This document shows positions 14,848 to 28,347 of a stretch of DNA of 64,000 nucleotides, in pieces (position 1 is the first letter of the stretch; every line of letters starts with the position of its first letter). Origin of the DNA: Asterias rubens (taxonomy: Eukaryota); contig NC_047081.1 in the NCBI RefSeq assembly GCF_902459465.1, forward strand, positions 10,354,001-10,418,000, written 5' to 3'. Position numbers and translations under genes: made by a program. Below the pieces are notes generated by a model that saw nothing but the letters and a program-made list of their open reading frames with translations, had not been told where the DNA came from and searched no databases.

Positions 14848-14921
14848 TGATCTTATAGGAGGTTTAGAAGGGATTGGAGGGAGCTGATCTTACAGGAGGT
14901 TTAGAAGGGATTGGAGGGAGC
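14848..14921. repeat. 37-bp tandem duplication (2 copies)
   Basis: tgatctta(t/c)aggaggtttagaagggattggagggagc x2. Confidence 0.9.
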
Positions 14922-16886
14922 GCAGGGAAAATTTGCTAAGCACAGAAAAGTATTGCTTTACAGAAACAGATTACCAACCAAAATTACATTAAGGTTACAT
15001 TGTTGTGACTGGTGCCCCACTCAATGTTTGCTTAGCAAAGAAATTTGTCAAGCAGTATGAAAGTGGGCTATGTTGAGTTCTGCCATGGGGGGAGGGAGGA
15101 GTGGGCTGGCAAGGGGTTGAGGGGAGGGGGAATTTTATTGATACGTCAGGCCTTGAATTAATTACTTGGAGCCATGAAGGCCAGTCAGGGCTCTGTTACT
15201 ACTCCAAAAATTATGACTTTAAAAACTGACTTGGTTATATGAAGCACTGCAGCTTTTCATAATGCAAAGCATTTTGAGAAACAATTCCCTTGAAAGCAAT
15301 GTGGTTATAGAGAGAGGAGTTCAATAACATTTCAAATCTGAGAATCGTGTTTCTGCATGGAACGTTTCATAGACTGTGTATTCCAATTTCGAATTATTCT
15401 TCCTGCGTAAATATAAGCGCTCCAGATTGTTTGCGACATCCAAAATATGCTAAAAACTAAACCTCGCCAAAACAAAACCAAAACATCAAAAAAACACTTC
15501 ATGCACAATGTATTGTGTGCTTGACCAGCCTTCATTTTTTTGCAATTACAAAAACAATTTTTTTTTTTCGTACGGCAATTCAAGATTGCTTAATTGTGTG
15601 TTATCTGAAATCTCTCGTTGAGTCTGTCCCTAGAAAAGAGAGTCCAGTAAGTCCGTAATATCCACTGATCGTTATCGCAGAATCTTCTCTGTCTGCATTA
15701 ACACTCCAATTCCCCTTAGATGTTCTCAGGTGACATAACCTCATCTTTTTTTTTAATCTTATGGATGGAAAGACTCAATATTGAATGATGGAACAAATGG
15801 AACCCCATCTGCTTTGTGATAATAGCATGAGGATAGGATATTTGCAGTGGGATAATCAAGTGGAACTTTTTGAAATGTAACAAAAATTCAAAAACTGACT
15901 GACACCTTGGTAACTAATCCAAGTTGAAGTCTTGACCGCCAGTCACTGAAGCAAATTATAATGCTTTCCAAATTTTTTGCTTAGCTAAAATAAGCAAATA
16001 ATTTTTGTCTCAGTCATGTCAGTCTGTCAGTCAGACAACAATTATTTTTCATGTAAAAACGTGTTATAAATGGTATGCTATGGTAAAATACCGTTACTGG
16101 TTAATGCGTTTTTTAAATGCTCAAACTGAGACTAAAAGAATTTTTGTGACATTGTATTACTCATTTCTTAAAAACTACAGTACCTCAGCACCGAATATTG
16201 TAAGGGAAGCTTTCTACTATCATTATCTTCAAACTGTTTAAGTTTAATGTAAATCTGTGGACATTGTGTAAGAATTACCCAGACCTTTCAAAATAGCGCA
16301 ATACTCTGCAGAGACCAGCACGTTTAGAACAGGTTGTGATATGGGCCGTGACATCTAGGTTAATATCACCCTCTTATTGCTATGGATCAAAGATTCAAGT
16401 GTGCTTGAAGATAATTGAAAAAATATATTATCGCATACTGTAGTCCTTTGGGACTCTCAGGCGTACAGCATTGTACAGGGAGAATAGTTCTTTGTCAACC
16501 GATCATGCTACCCTAGCGAAAACGAGACGAACAAAATGAATAAACAAGTCCTACTGTTACAAAAGTTACAAACAATTTAGCAGTATAGTTTACTTCTTGT
16601 ATGTTTTGTTTAGTAAACCTGAGCTCAAAATAGAAATGAGCTAGGCACTTAACCATAGTTGCTTCGTAAAAAGTTGGGTGGGTAGTGCATTCTGCTCTAG
16701 CAGTAGGGCTCCTAGTCATTATATGATATCATGTTTTGTTCACGGTAATTTACAGTGAGGCATTATTCTTGATAAATATTCAATTAATTAACACAACCCC
16801 TGTGATGCAGTGTCAAATTCGAGCCCTATAAATTGGCTGATTACTGAATTTGAATTTGGAATGGCTTTCAACTTACATAAGAGTTA

Positions 16887-17162
16887 TATATAAGAACGAG
16901 AGGGCGCACTGGCCTACATACGCGACCCGGCATGCGCGCAGGCGGCCATTTTCTAAATTGACAAAACAGGCATCGCACAGCGTGTGTTTGTGCGGCCATT
17001 TTGTAAGTTGACACAACAGCATCGCGTATAGCGTTCAATAAACACAAACTCCAATGTGTACTTCATATTCAATGCGCGTACAGAATGGCGCGCATGTCTC
17101 CTTGCGGTCTCGTTGCATTTGTGCAAGAAGCAGCATCACCAGTGTGCCCTCTAGTTCTTATA
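16887..17162. mobile_element. MITE with TIR tataagaac-gagagggcgcac / gtgccctctagttcttata
   Basis: Terminal inverted repeats are visible, plus an internal gcggccatttt..aa.ttgac duplication. Confidence 0.55.
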
Positions 17163-18318
17163 ATGTACACACACAACAAATTAAAACCCTTTCACTATTA
17201 AAGGGAAATCTTTCATCCTTATATTCCTTGAATAAATTTTGAAACTTTCATTCATTACGCTCAAGAATTCAGCTGTATACCGCTTTTTAATAAACTATTG
17301 AATGTTTTCCACATGCTGTGTGAGCGCCTGCATTAATAAACGTCTTATGTGAACTGAGCTTGAATTGCCTTGATTTTGTTGTCTTTTTCAAATTGCTTCC
17401 GATCGAAGTGAGCCATGGTATAGAAAGGTTTATGAAATTAGAATTGATTGCGCCATTTCAATGGAAGACTGTTATTGTTGACTTGACCCACTGACATTCA
17501 ACTTCTATCTTGTGTTGAAAGTTCAAAGTGAACTGTTGTTTACTGTCAAATGATCCATACCACCTTGCGGGTGGGTACTAAATTAAGTAGTTTTTAGTTG
17601 CCTTGGGCAACCCAAAATATTCACAGGTGCAACTTAATGAGCATGGAATTGTTTGTTTAGGAGTCCCTCTGTTGGAGGTTGCAAAAGCCGGGCGCGATCA
17701 AATCATAATTGCTCATGGTCAAATACCTTGGCCTGATTTCAGGGAGGGCTTCAGCACAAAAAAGTAGTTAAGCAAAACAAAATTATGCTTACCAGAATAA
17801 GATTACCAGCCAACCTACTATGTTATGTGTTCAAGTGTTAATTGGTATCCTGCTTAATTCAGCTAAACAGAATTTTTTTTTTTCTGCTTCAGCATCTCCA
17901 TGAAATTGGGCCAATAAAGCTGCTTAAGCGGCAAATACTGTTTCTTAACGATTTCTTACTAAGTAAAAAATAAGCAGGGCTGAGTACTAACTTCAATAAA
18001 AAACACTGGAGAAATGTAACGCCAGAATTATTAGTTGGCGAAGGATCTCGCTCCATTGTCCCTTCAACTCTTAAATTTTACATTTAAATGGAGAGCAGAA
18101 ATCATACAGAGGGTCAGTTTGATTTTGACCAAAATTTTAGCTCAGGAATTGACAAATTCCAAACGATTTCAAGCTCTCCTTTCCTTCTTTCTGCCTTTTC
18201 TCCATTATTACAATGTTTTTTTGAGAAAAATAACTTGGTTGCTACCCAACTGCCTTTTTTCCCGCCAAATATTTATTTGTCGTTTTTTTCTTCCCTCTTT
18301 CTCTCACTCTCTCTCCAG

Positions 18319-18387
18319 GAAAATCTTCTTCTCGACGATGAGCAGAATCTAAAATTGATAGACTTTGGACTCGCTGCCAGACCTAAG
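18319..18387 (+). CDS. MELK: MELK exon 5 (ENLLLDDEQNLKLIDFGLAARPK)
   Basis: DFG motif; 69 nt; long pyrimidine tract before the acceptor. Confidence 0.98.
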
Positions 18388-19095
18388 GTATGGTGTGATG
18401 TAGAGGTTGGGGTTAGCCAAGGGGGAAAGTTTAAAATGAGGATCAGGGTTGTGTATTTGATAAATCATGTTACATGTATTTAAAGCCATTCGACATCTTC
18501 TGAACAGAACAAAAATTAAAAGTTCACAGATTTACAAATAACTTTACAGAAGATAATGGTTAAAGACTTTCCTTGAAATATTATTGCATGAAATGCTGTA
18601 CTTTTTGAGAAAACATTAAAACAATTATCAGTTCTTGATATCCAGAACAACAAATTTATTTTAAACACACGTCATGACACAACGAAACGTACGGAAACAA
18701 GGGTTGGTTTTCCCCTTATTTTCTCCCGACTCCGATGACCGATTGAACCTAAATTTTCAAAGAAATTGTTGTCGAAATGTTAACCTTGATTTGCTAATAT
18801 TACCCAATATTAAACATATTAGCTAGCTATATTTGTATGCGCAATGGGTATCATCATGCTCATCTAAGCATGAAGGGCGTATATTTATGTCTCTAGACTT
18901 TCAGCCATTATTATTTGATAACTTCTGTTGATGTTGTGAAGTCTCGCTATTTATAACTCCACCGTTGACATGTTCGTGTCTAGAATGTTGTGTGGTATGG
19001 AATGTATTGTCACGTACACCATGTATAATGTACAATACTTGTACATGCACATGCTGTACTTGTTGTTCATGACTGTTTGAGTTGGGATTGGAAAA

Positions 19096-19264
19096 GCAGC
19101 CGATTTCACGAAACGCTAGGATTAATCCTATCTCGAGTTAGGACAAGTAACTCGTCCTAACTTAGGATCAATCTTAAGGTCTGCATGCTACAGTGCAGGT
19201 TTGGGACTCATCCTAAGTCCTACGATTAATACTAAGTTAGGAAGAGTTTGGTGAAATGGACGGC
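19096..19264. mobile_element. MITE family F (cgatttcac...gtgaaatcg, with ctaacttag/ctaagttag subrepeats)
   Basis: Second copy at 54789-54961; partial near 38880-38990. Confidence 0.8.
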
Positions 19265-19909
19265 AGGGCTTGTCATGTTTGTAACTCAACATTTCTAGTG
19301 GAACATTTTTAATGGACCAGATTTTTTTTTTTGCAAGACAAGATCCACATGAGAAAACGCACTATTTCAGTCACTGTGCGTTAGTCTCAACAGTTTACTT
19401 AACACCATTGAAGATGTTCAAGTACATTGGTTCTCCCTCATATCTTGCAAACAAACACCCAAGGCCCCTACTATCCATGCTGTCAATTTTTACATGGTTG
19501 GGCGGCAACATCACTCTACATCAATTGACGTTTATTGCCGTACTAAAATGACAAGAAAACTCCTAAGGATCTTCAGTCTCATCATCTTGAGGGATGCGGT
19601 TTTTGCATCATCCTCAAGACATTCGTATCAATCTTGATTTTTATCCTCCAAAGGATAAACAGTGTCTTGATTTATTGCTTAAGATCCTCCCGCCCGCACC
19701 CGTTTATTTCCTCCTGGGGAGAGAAAAACCCAGTGAGCCAGAGATAAAGTTTACGCTTAATAAATTTATTGGGGGGAACATTCCCCATGCCAGACAGGCA
19801 CAATTATCTCCAACAGATGCGTTTGAAATTCGTCCGCCTTTCCCTTAAAGGGTTTTCTTTAAGTATTAATTTGCCCTGCTTCGAAAAATGTCAAGGGAAT
19901 TAATTTGTA

Positions 19910-20070
19910 TTAATTTTGGTTTTTTACCCATACACCGATGTGTGTTAGCACTGTATACTCGGTACTTTCCCGAGTCCTGTGAAAAAATATCACAGGCATG
20001 TTACTCGGGTGGGATTCGAACCCACGACCCTTGCAATTCTAGAGCAGTGTCTTACCAACTAGACTACCGA
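19910..20070 (-). mobile_element. tRNA-derived SINE with 13-bp TSD
   Basis: gaattaatttgta at 19897-19909 and 20071-20083 flanks the element. The head folds as a partial cloverleaf (D arm GTCT/AGAC, T arm GTGGG/CCCAC). Confidence 0.9.
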
Positions 20071-20474
20071 GAATTAATTTGTAAACATTTGAAGTAGTTG
20101 GTTAAACCTGTTCCGATGTTTCAGCTTGAGTGTCATGTATTTTCCTGCTCGATTTATTTTTAAACTAGTAGATCACTACTTATTTGTTTTCTTGACAGTC
20201 ATTTGAAACAATTGTTTTGAATTTAATGATGATAGAAAGATGCATGCTGTGCTTTTATTTTAGACAGAAGAGTTACATTGTATTTACATTTCATTTTAGT
20301 GCTCAACTTTTGTATTTATCATATTTTTTTTAGGGGATCCACAAGACCATAGGGCTGGTAGCTCAAAATTATTACCGGACCACAAATGTTTTTACAGGAC
20401 GAGAATCAAAACAACCCATAGCACCTAAAGCGATTTTTTTTAATTTATTTTTTTATTATTTTTTTATGCAAGTC

Positions 20475-20765
20475 GCCTGACACACAAGCCCTGAAGGCCA
20501 CCACTTCAAGGTGTGGGCTACAATTATTTTTTCCAGAGGCCGTTGCCACCTACTCCTAGGGGTGAAACAGGGTTACCCCTTTCACAGTCCATACGAATGT
20601 AGGCTTGGGTATCATCAATTCGAAGCCTGGCCGGTAGAGCAGAAAGCACTACCTCCCCAATTTTTATGTAGCAAGTGTCACGACCGGCATCCGAACCCAC
20701 ACCCTGCTGATCAAACACCAGTGCTTGAATCCGGTGCTCTTAACCGCTCGGCCATGACATTGCCG
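20475..20765 (-). mobile_element. Second tRNA-derived SINE family
   Basis: Minus-strand head tggccgagcggttaagagcaccggattc...ggttcggatgcc. Body shared with 36603-36875, which carries the ccttgctcaagggcacaagtgtc SINE core. Confidence 0.75.
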
Positions 20766-23700
20766 TGGTGCCCTGTGAACGTTTTGCTGTAGTGCCCTTT
20801 GCAAAGTTCCAATACAAATTAACGTGGCCCCTCATCCAGAGAGAAATGGTTGTGCCCTTTCAAGAACAAAATTTTAGGCCTGGTGATATAGTTTTGTGGT
20901 TACATTCTTGATTCCATAAAGTTGATTTATTTCTCGAAGAGTCAGTTTGATAGACACTCGAGTCTCGATCTCCAATCATCGTCTCAAGTTCTTATTTATG
21001 AGTGTCATCCTCGCAAGGTGTGAGGAGAGTAATTTATTGTCAAGCCCTGACCAAGTGGGTTGATACATGGGCTGTAGTTATCGCAATTAAAATAAACACT
21101 ACAGACATGTGTAATTTGTACTGCTTATAAACGTCATGCTGGCGGACTCTTCCATAAGTAGCGCTCGGCTAAAATTGCAAGCCAGTATCCTTGGACTTAA
21201 TGCAAGTGTGTGTTGAAGCAAACAGGAATTCTGTTCAGTGTTGAATGTTTATACGTCAGAAGCGATTCCTGGGAGAAAGAATGACAGGCATCAGTCTAGT
21301 TGTGTATTTATACATGAAGTTCTAAACTATGGTCCTTGTAAAGGGTTTGTCAGTTGACGTAACTATCCGTAATTGTTTGTGGCTACGTCTGAGGTCTACG
21401 GTCTCGTATTTCAAGACTGTCTCCTCTAAATCCATAAATGATTTTTCAAGGACGTTGTTTCTGCTCTTCTAATATTTGCTGAATGTTTATGTTGAGGTTT
21501 GGACTTGAAGAAAAGCTCAAGTATATTTGAGTAAATCATAACAAGGATATATAGTTTGGGAAAAACACTACAGGACTTTTTTGGTGTGAGGTAAGGGAAA
21601 ATGCTTTAGTTACTACTGGCAAGTGGCCAATTTGTCTGTTGATAAATGGGTATTTTGAGAGTTGGACCCATGTAGTACATAATGTGAATTTTTTCTAATT
21701 TTTTTCCTTTAGATTCATTCTTTAAAGTTTTATGCAGCATCTCGAGATGCGTTAAAGTTCAAAATGTGTCTTGAGAGATGATTTAAAAGAAACTGTAATT
21801 ACTAATTTACTGAAACGGTTTATCGTTAACTACTCAAGGATTTATAGCACAATCCGTAAAGCGCTTCTGACATTCATGTTTAATTGGAAATGTGCAAATG
21901 TTTACAATACATTTACAATGTTAATTTTGTTGGTTGAAGCGTAGTCTCCAGGGGGCTCCTTGCAGATAATAATTGCTGCATTCATCGGTGCTTTGTGGTT
22001 GGCGCGCCTCATCCGCAAAAGCTATTCTATGGAGAAGTTTTGTCAGGGGAAACAACAATTCATGTTAAGCTTGTTACTTAAGTGTACGAGCCATTACCAT
22101 TAACGCAGTATCATTACCATTTTATGCATTGAAATTCTTGTTATTGGTTTCTGTTTGTAATGGCCGTTTGGGTAATCCTTTTCTCTTTGCTGCTGTAAAG
22201 AGATTTTTAGTTAATTGGATGCGTCTCGACCAATTGGTCTTCTACATTTTAATCAGCTTAAAGTTTAGTCCTTGAGGTTTGTCATAACATGCAGTTAATG
22301 CATTCATAATGTTTGAAGAGTTGGGATGGAGTATTTGGAGAGGGCTAAGAATCCCAGGGTCGATTTGGACTTTACAAAAAATTGTTAAAGGGTGTGCACA
22401 ACATTTGTTAGCATTGAACAAATAAGGGGTCACAGACTTTCACGTAGTATTTTTATATCATTGTGGAATTTTGAAATATTTTTGCCTGACTTGCTGCTAA
22501 AGTTTTTGAGAAACTAGTTTTTATCTGGTTAGACCAAAACCCAACGTTTGAAAACGGTAAGGGTATTATATGAGCTTTTAACTTTCATAGGTTTATTTTC
22601 TTTCACATGTTGGGTCATATGAAGTGCAGTCTTTAACAATTATCCATATTACTTTAATTAAAGGGAAAGTACATGTTTGGTGATTGTGAAAATTTGAGCT
22701 AAATTGGTCATCGAAGTTGCGAGAAAATAATGAAAAACAGAGAAAAAACACCCTTGTTGGATGAATTTGTGTGATTTCAGATAGGAGTAAAAGACTTCTA
22801 AGTCTTGGCTAGAAGTCTTTTATTATTTTATGAAGAAATTACCTCTTTCTCAAACTCTATTCTACTTCAGAGGGAGCTGTTTCTCACAATGTTTTATACC
22901 ATCAACCTCTCCCCATTACTCGTCACCAAGTAAGGTTTTATGCTTATCATTATTTTGGGTAATTACCAATGGTGTCCACTGCGCACTGCCTTTAACATTG
23001 AGCTCAAATTTTTACAGGTTTGTTATTTAATGCATATGTTGAGATACACCAACTGTGAAGACTAGTCTTTGACAATTACCAATAGTGTCCACTGTCTTTA
23101 ACAGAGTCTCTTGACCATGTTGTAGTATAGTGTTAGGACAGCCGAAATGACAGGTTAACAGGTTAAATTCCAAAACAATGCAGCTCACGTAGCTTGGCTC
23201 ATCCCTAGACCCAATAACTCATCTAAATAATTGACTTCAAAGGCTCTGAAGGCCTCCCTAATGAAGTACTGTATTCCCCCTGGCCAATCTCCTTATCTTT
23301 ATTTCATCAATTAAGGATTGATGAATCTACTAATATTTGTACTGTAATCTCCTAGCTAAGCTCGACCCCCAAGAAAAAAAATAAGATCAAATAAATAAAA
23401 GCTGTTTTAGAGTCTAGGAGGTTCTGTGGGGCGAGGAGAGTAGTTTGTTTTTTATTTGATGAAAGACTGCGTGTGGCTGGGGATGAATCTTTTAATTATT
23501 ATAGCACTTGGTCGTTATGCGCGGGCGGTAATGGAGCCTACATTAAAGATTCAGTGCTGTGACAAACTCTTAGAATGGTTAAAATGTTTTTGTTATATTA
23601 TTATAATTATTATCAATAGGCATTTTTTATCATTTCATTAAAAAAGAAAGTAGTAACCAAATACTAACATAAATCCAATTCATATCCTTGTATCACAGGT

Positions 23701-23884
23701 ATTGAAAGATCGTTGATTACTTTCAAAAATAAAACGTTATTTCTTGGGTTCAGAGTTAATTAAGGTAGTTTTTGCAAATATCATTTTTTGGTTTGTTAGG
23801 ACGTTATTATTGAACTGAGCGGGTGATTATCTTGTTTTTTTTTTGTTTTTTTTACAAATGGTTACCTTAATAATTTAAAATTAA

Positions 23885-24097
<213 letters not shown>

Positions 24098-25634
24098 TAA
24101 GCAAATTAATATAACACTTTCTTGAAGATGTGAACTGGTGTCTGATTTACCAGTTTTCCACATCAATGAATTTGTTATCCTGTTCAAGCTTTGAACACCC
24201 AGCAGGGTGGATATGTGCGCATTACAAATCTTATTATTATTATTATTTATTGTTAAGCTTGCTTCTATGTAGTGCCTGAAATTATCCTTATTGAGAAATG
24301 GCGTTCACTATAAGAGTACACTGCTTGGTTTGGGTGTATACAGACAAGTTTCCCTAAACCTATTACAAACAATGGCTAAGCACAACACAATTATGCTTAC
24401 CAGAAAAAATGTTACCAGCGACAATACCATTTTACAAAGCAATCTGTGACTTGCATCCTTATTGTTGCTCAGCAGAAATTGTTCCAGCAAGTTTTTGAGC
24501 TGAAGCAGTTCTAAGAAATTGGGCCATATCTCAACATTGCTTATAATGGACCCTGCCAATTTGTGCAACAATTTTTATAAGAATTTTATTCCCTGCTTAA
24601 TGTCTTTTATAAGACATTTTGATCGAATCTGCTCTCAGAAGCAGCTCACGTTGTTTTCACACTTGTTTTGTCAGTCCCTTCGCATGTAAGGAATTGTTAT
24701 TTGGCCAAAAATTTGTTTTTCCTAAATGGCCACCCGACACATTTTCAAAGATGACCGGCTTTTTTTTTTTTTTTTTTTTCTCAAAACAAATTTTTTGGGG
24801 CTACTAAGATCATTAAAATGTACCCTTTTTATGAAAAAAAGGAGGATATTTTATTTAATTTTTTTTTTTAAGAAAAAAAAAAGCAGCCTCTAAAAACGAA
24901 CCAAGCGGGAATGCTAAACAGGTTTTTTTTTAGGCCTTCTCACACAGTGTTAGTTGTGTACTGGGGGATGGCAGAGGACACTCAGGGTACATGTACATGA
25001 TGTATGTCAGGTGTACATATACATGTACAATGTATGTCATTTTATGCCTGATCACGCTTCACTTCACAAAATCGATCAGTCGTGGCTGCTGGCGCTAGGT
25101 GTTTGGTTACAGTGGAGACACCTTGGTTGAACACTGTCGTGAACACGCCGCCGCTGTGCGGATGCCATTCTGTGCATACATTCAGGACGGGAAGAAAATA
25201 CCAATGTGCAGTTAAAGGCGCTGTACACGTTTGGTAATTACTTAAATCATGGAGGTTTCTACCTCCATGCTTAAATGGATGTGACATATCTTGGAGGTAG
25301 AAAATGGCAGTTAGAAAGTTTGGATTTCATTCTGTTTTTAAGAGAGATGCATTTTTTTTCTTTTTCATAAAGCTATCCCTGATTCAGTCAACAAGTTTTG
25401 TTTTCAATTGATTTTTAATTAAAATGTAAACCTGTCAAAAACAAAAATGATGAATTCAAATTGTTTGTTGACATCAGGTTGAGTAAACTCAAACTGACTG
25501 AGTATGTGTGGCAAAGTGCCCCTAGTGGCAGTTGATTTGGGTAGACAGCCCAAACTAGTCAAGTGTAGCCCTCACTTTCCACTTCAAACTGAGGGCTACA
25601 ATTTAACCAATTGAAATTGGTTAAATTGTAATGA

Positions 25635-25895
<261 letters not shown>

Positions 25896-26251
25896 TGATT
25901 TCTCTGTTTTAAATCGGAAAACCTTTTTTTTTTAATCCCCCCCCCCCCCCAGAAAAAAAAAGACCCAAAACACCTATCCCTTTTGTACATTGTATGTCAG
26001 CCGTTCTACTCAATAAAATATTCCTACTTTTTCCCCAAGGACCAAGTATCATAACTGGAATTTTACAATGAGTAATACATTTAGCATCCTGTCTTAAGAT
26101 TTCACTCACCCATGACCTAGCTAAAACTTGTAATCAAACTTTCATGACTGCTAACAATGAGCTGTTTTTAAACTTGGTTCATTTTGCTCGGGATCTAGAA
26201 GACTTTCTTAGTGTGTAAGTTACTGATTTGATTGATGCTATTTGTCTCCAG

Positions 26252-26350
26252 GTAAACCCAAAGAAAAGAATAAGAATGGACAATCTCTTACACCATTCCT
26301 GGATCAAGAAGGGGCACTGTGGCACAGTTGATTGGCATTCCAAGTGTGAG
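26252..26350 (+). CDS. MELK: MELK exon 8 (VNPKKRIRMDNLLHHSWIKKGHCGTVDWHSKCE)
   Basis: Subdomain XI; 99 nt; canonical sites. Confidence 0.96.
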
Positions 26351-26379
26351 GTAAGAGTAAAGGTCAGAATATATTATTA

Positions 26380-26732
26380 TTAAAGGGAAAGTACACTATT
26401 GGTAATTACTTAAAACAAATATTAACTTAAAAACTGACTTGGTAACAAGCATTGGAGAGCTGTTGATCGTATAAAACATTGTGAGAAACGGCTCCCTCTG
26501 AAGTAGCATAGATTTTGAAATAGAGATAATTTCTCACTAAAATAATAATCTCATCTGAAAGCACACAAATTCGTACAACAAGAGTGTTTTTTCTTTCATC
26601 ATTTTCTCCCAACTCTGATGACCAATTGAGCTCAAACTTTCACAGGTTTGTTCTTTTATGCATATGTTGAGATACACCAAGTTAGAACACTGTTCTTTGA
26701 CAATAATTACCAATAGTGTACCTTCCCTTCAA
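26380..26732 (+). mobile_element. MITE family A variant
   Basis: TIR aagggaaagtacactattggtaatt / aattaccaatagtgtaccttccctt; shared internal sequence; starts about 30 nt after the exon 8 donor. Confidence 0.8.
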
Positions 26733-27799
26733 CCCTTTGGTGCAGAGATTAATTTAAAAAAGAAAAAGAAAACCGTTTTTTTTTCCTGAAAATCTTTTAA
26801 TATCACCCCTGTTGACCATCACACCAAACGAAAGCTCAACAATCGCTCTAAACAACCGAATGAGAGCGATATAGGACTGTTGATAAAAGTCCAATTTGAC
26901 GTGTTTTGGGTGGTCACTAGCGACCATCTTGTGCACCAAAGGGAATAAAAGAGTACGGGATGAGGTCTTAAACAGCCATTTAAAAATACGGTAAGTCTTG
27001 AAGAAAAATTTCAACGGATCGAAGTGAGAATATAAGTAAAGACATTTGGGAATTTTTTTAATGCGCACAGTTCCCATTAGGACAAGTTGACCTTAGATTC
27101 AAGGTCTGATTGTTGAATTACTGGCATACTTGCCGCAGTGTCTGTCACTCAGAGACGGGAGTCAACATGTGGCGACAGTGTGCGGCATTTTGGTCTGGAT
27201 TTATTAAACGGCGGACAAGCGATGGTTTACAATTTGATCAAATCGATTGGTGTCGGCAAGGGCTCAAAGGAAGAGGGATGGTAAGACAGTACCATACCTG
27301 CCATGACTGTTAAGATTGAACTCGACTGAGATATTTGAAAGGAATGTTTTGATTATTAAAGGTTTGGGTGGAGAGGTTTTTAGTTGAAACCTCTTCTTGA
27401 TTAGTTTCCTTTCCAAGAAAAGGTCCTTTTTATTTGTTTATTTTTTTTTTTTTTAATGATGGCAATGCTTACCTCACCACTCCACACAGGTTAAACTTTC
27501 CAAAAGCTCTACAAATGACATGTTTAAATTTTGGAAAAATTTGTAATGTTTCCCCTTCACTGCCCACTTCACATTGGTCTCTGTATAATTAATTGAACAA
27601 ACTTGCCCTGTGTGACTTTGCCTCAAGAGTTAATAAAAGCAAGCACCTTTAATACATTTTTTTATATTTCGAGAAAGACTCGTAATGTCAGGCCATTAGC
27701 AATTTTTTGCATTTTTTGCAGTGGTCTTTTCGGTTGGTAGGCAGTTTGCAACAGCTAATTCTGTTTTCAAATGTTGTACATGTATATTTGTAACTTCAG

Positions 27800-27886
27800 A
27801 AGCACGACGTTAACATTGAGTGCATTGAAGAGATGGCGGAGTACTACTGCAAGACCAAAGATGACATGATTAGTATCGTTGAACAG
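27800..27886 (+). CDS. MELK: MELK exon 9, UBA N-part (KHDVNIECIEEMAEYYCKTKDDMISIVEQ)
   Basis: 87 nt, in frame, cag| and |gtaata; aligns with the MELK UBA region. Confidence 0.92.
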
Positions 27887-28093
27887 GTAATATCTTGTTT
27901 TCAAATTATGACAAAATGTGAGTTAAATCTTCAGCGATATGTTGAAATATTTCTTTGGAATGAGAGCATGATAAACATGAGCGTCATGTACAAATTGTAA
28001 TGGAGTTTCAAAGTTGCATGTAAACTTCCGTTTTGAAGAATTGGTTGATTTGCCTTCATTTGTAATTTCTGTTTCAACCACACAAAGAGGGCA

Positions 28094-28347
28094 GGGCCCA
28101 ATTTCATGGCTCTGCTTACCGTAAGCACAGAATCGGCGCTTACGGAAGCAGGGAATTCTGTGCTTACGGCAAGATATTTCACGGGTTAGCAGCGAATTTT
28201 GGCTTCTGTGCGTGCGTACTCCGCGTTACTAGGCATTCTACACTTACAAGGCTAGCGCAGAAATTCTGCACTTGCGCTTCATGTAAGCGGGGAATTGTGA
28301 TCGTAAGCGCAGAATTCGGCGGTAAGCAGAGCCATGAAATTGGGCCC
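28094..28347. mobile_element. MITE family D (gggcccaatttcat TIR; Harbinger-like)
   Basis: TIR gggcccaatttcatggctctgcttacc / ggtaagcagagccatgaaattgggccc. Relatives at 5692-5871, 8424-8619, ~17730-17912, ~24375-24527, 39595-40419 and 62994-63414. Confidence 0.85.

Noticed and set aside
18035-18483. 105-aa and 131-aa ORFs
   Set aside because: These are the polypyrimidine tract plus MELK exon 5 read through; only 18319-18387 is coding.
19995-20070. Cloverleaf resembling a tRNA gene (also 12470-12545 and 20690-20765)
   Set aside because: Mismatched acceptor and anticodon stems, followed by a shared SINE body and TSD; these are SINE heads, not tRNA genes.
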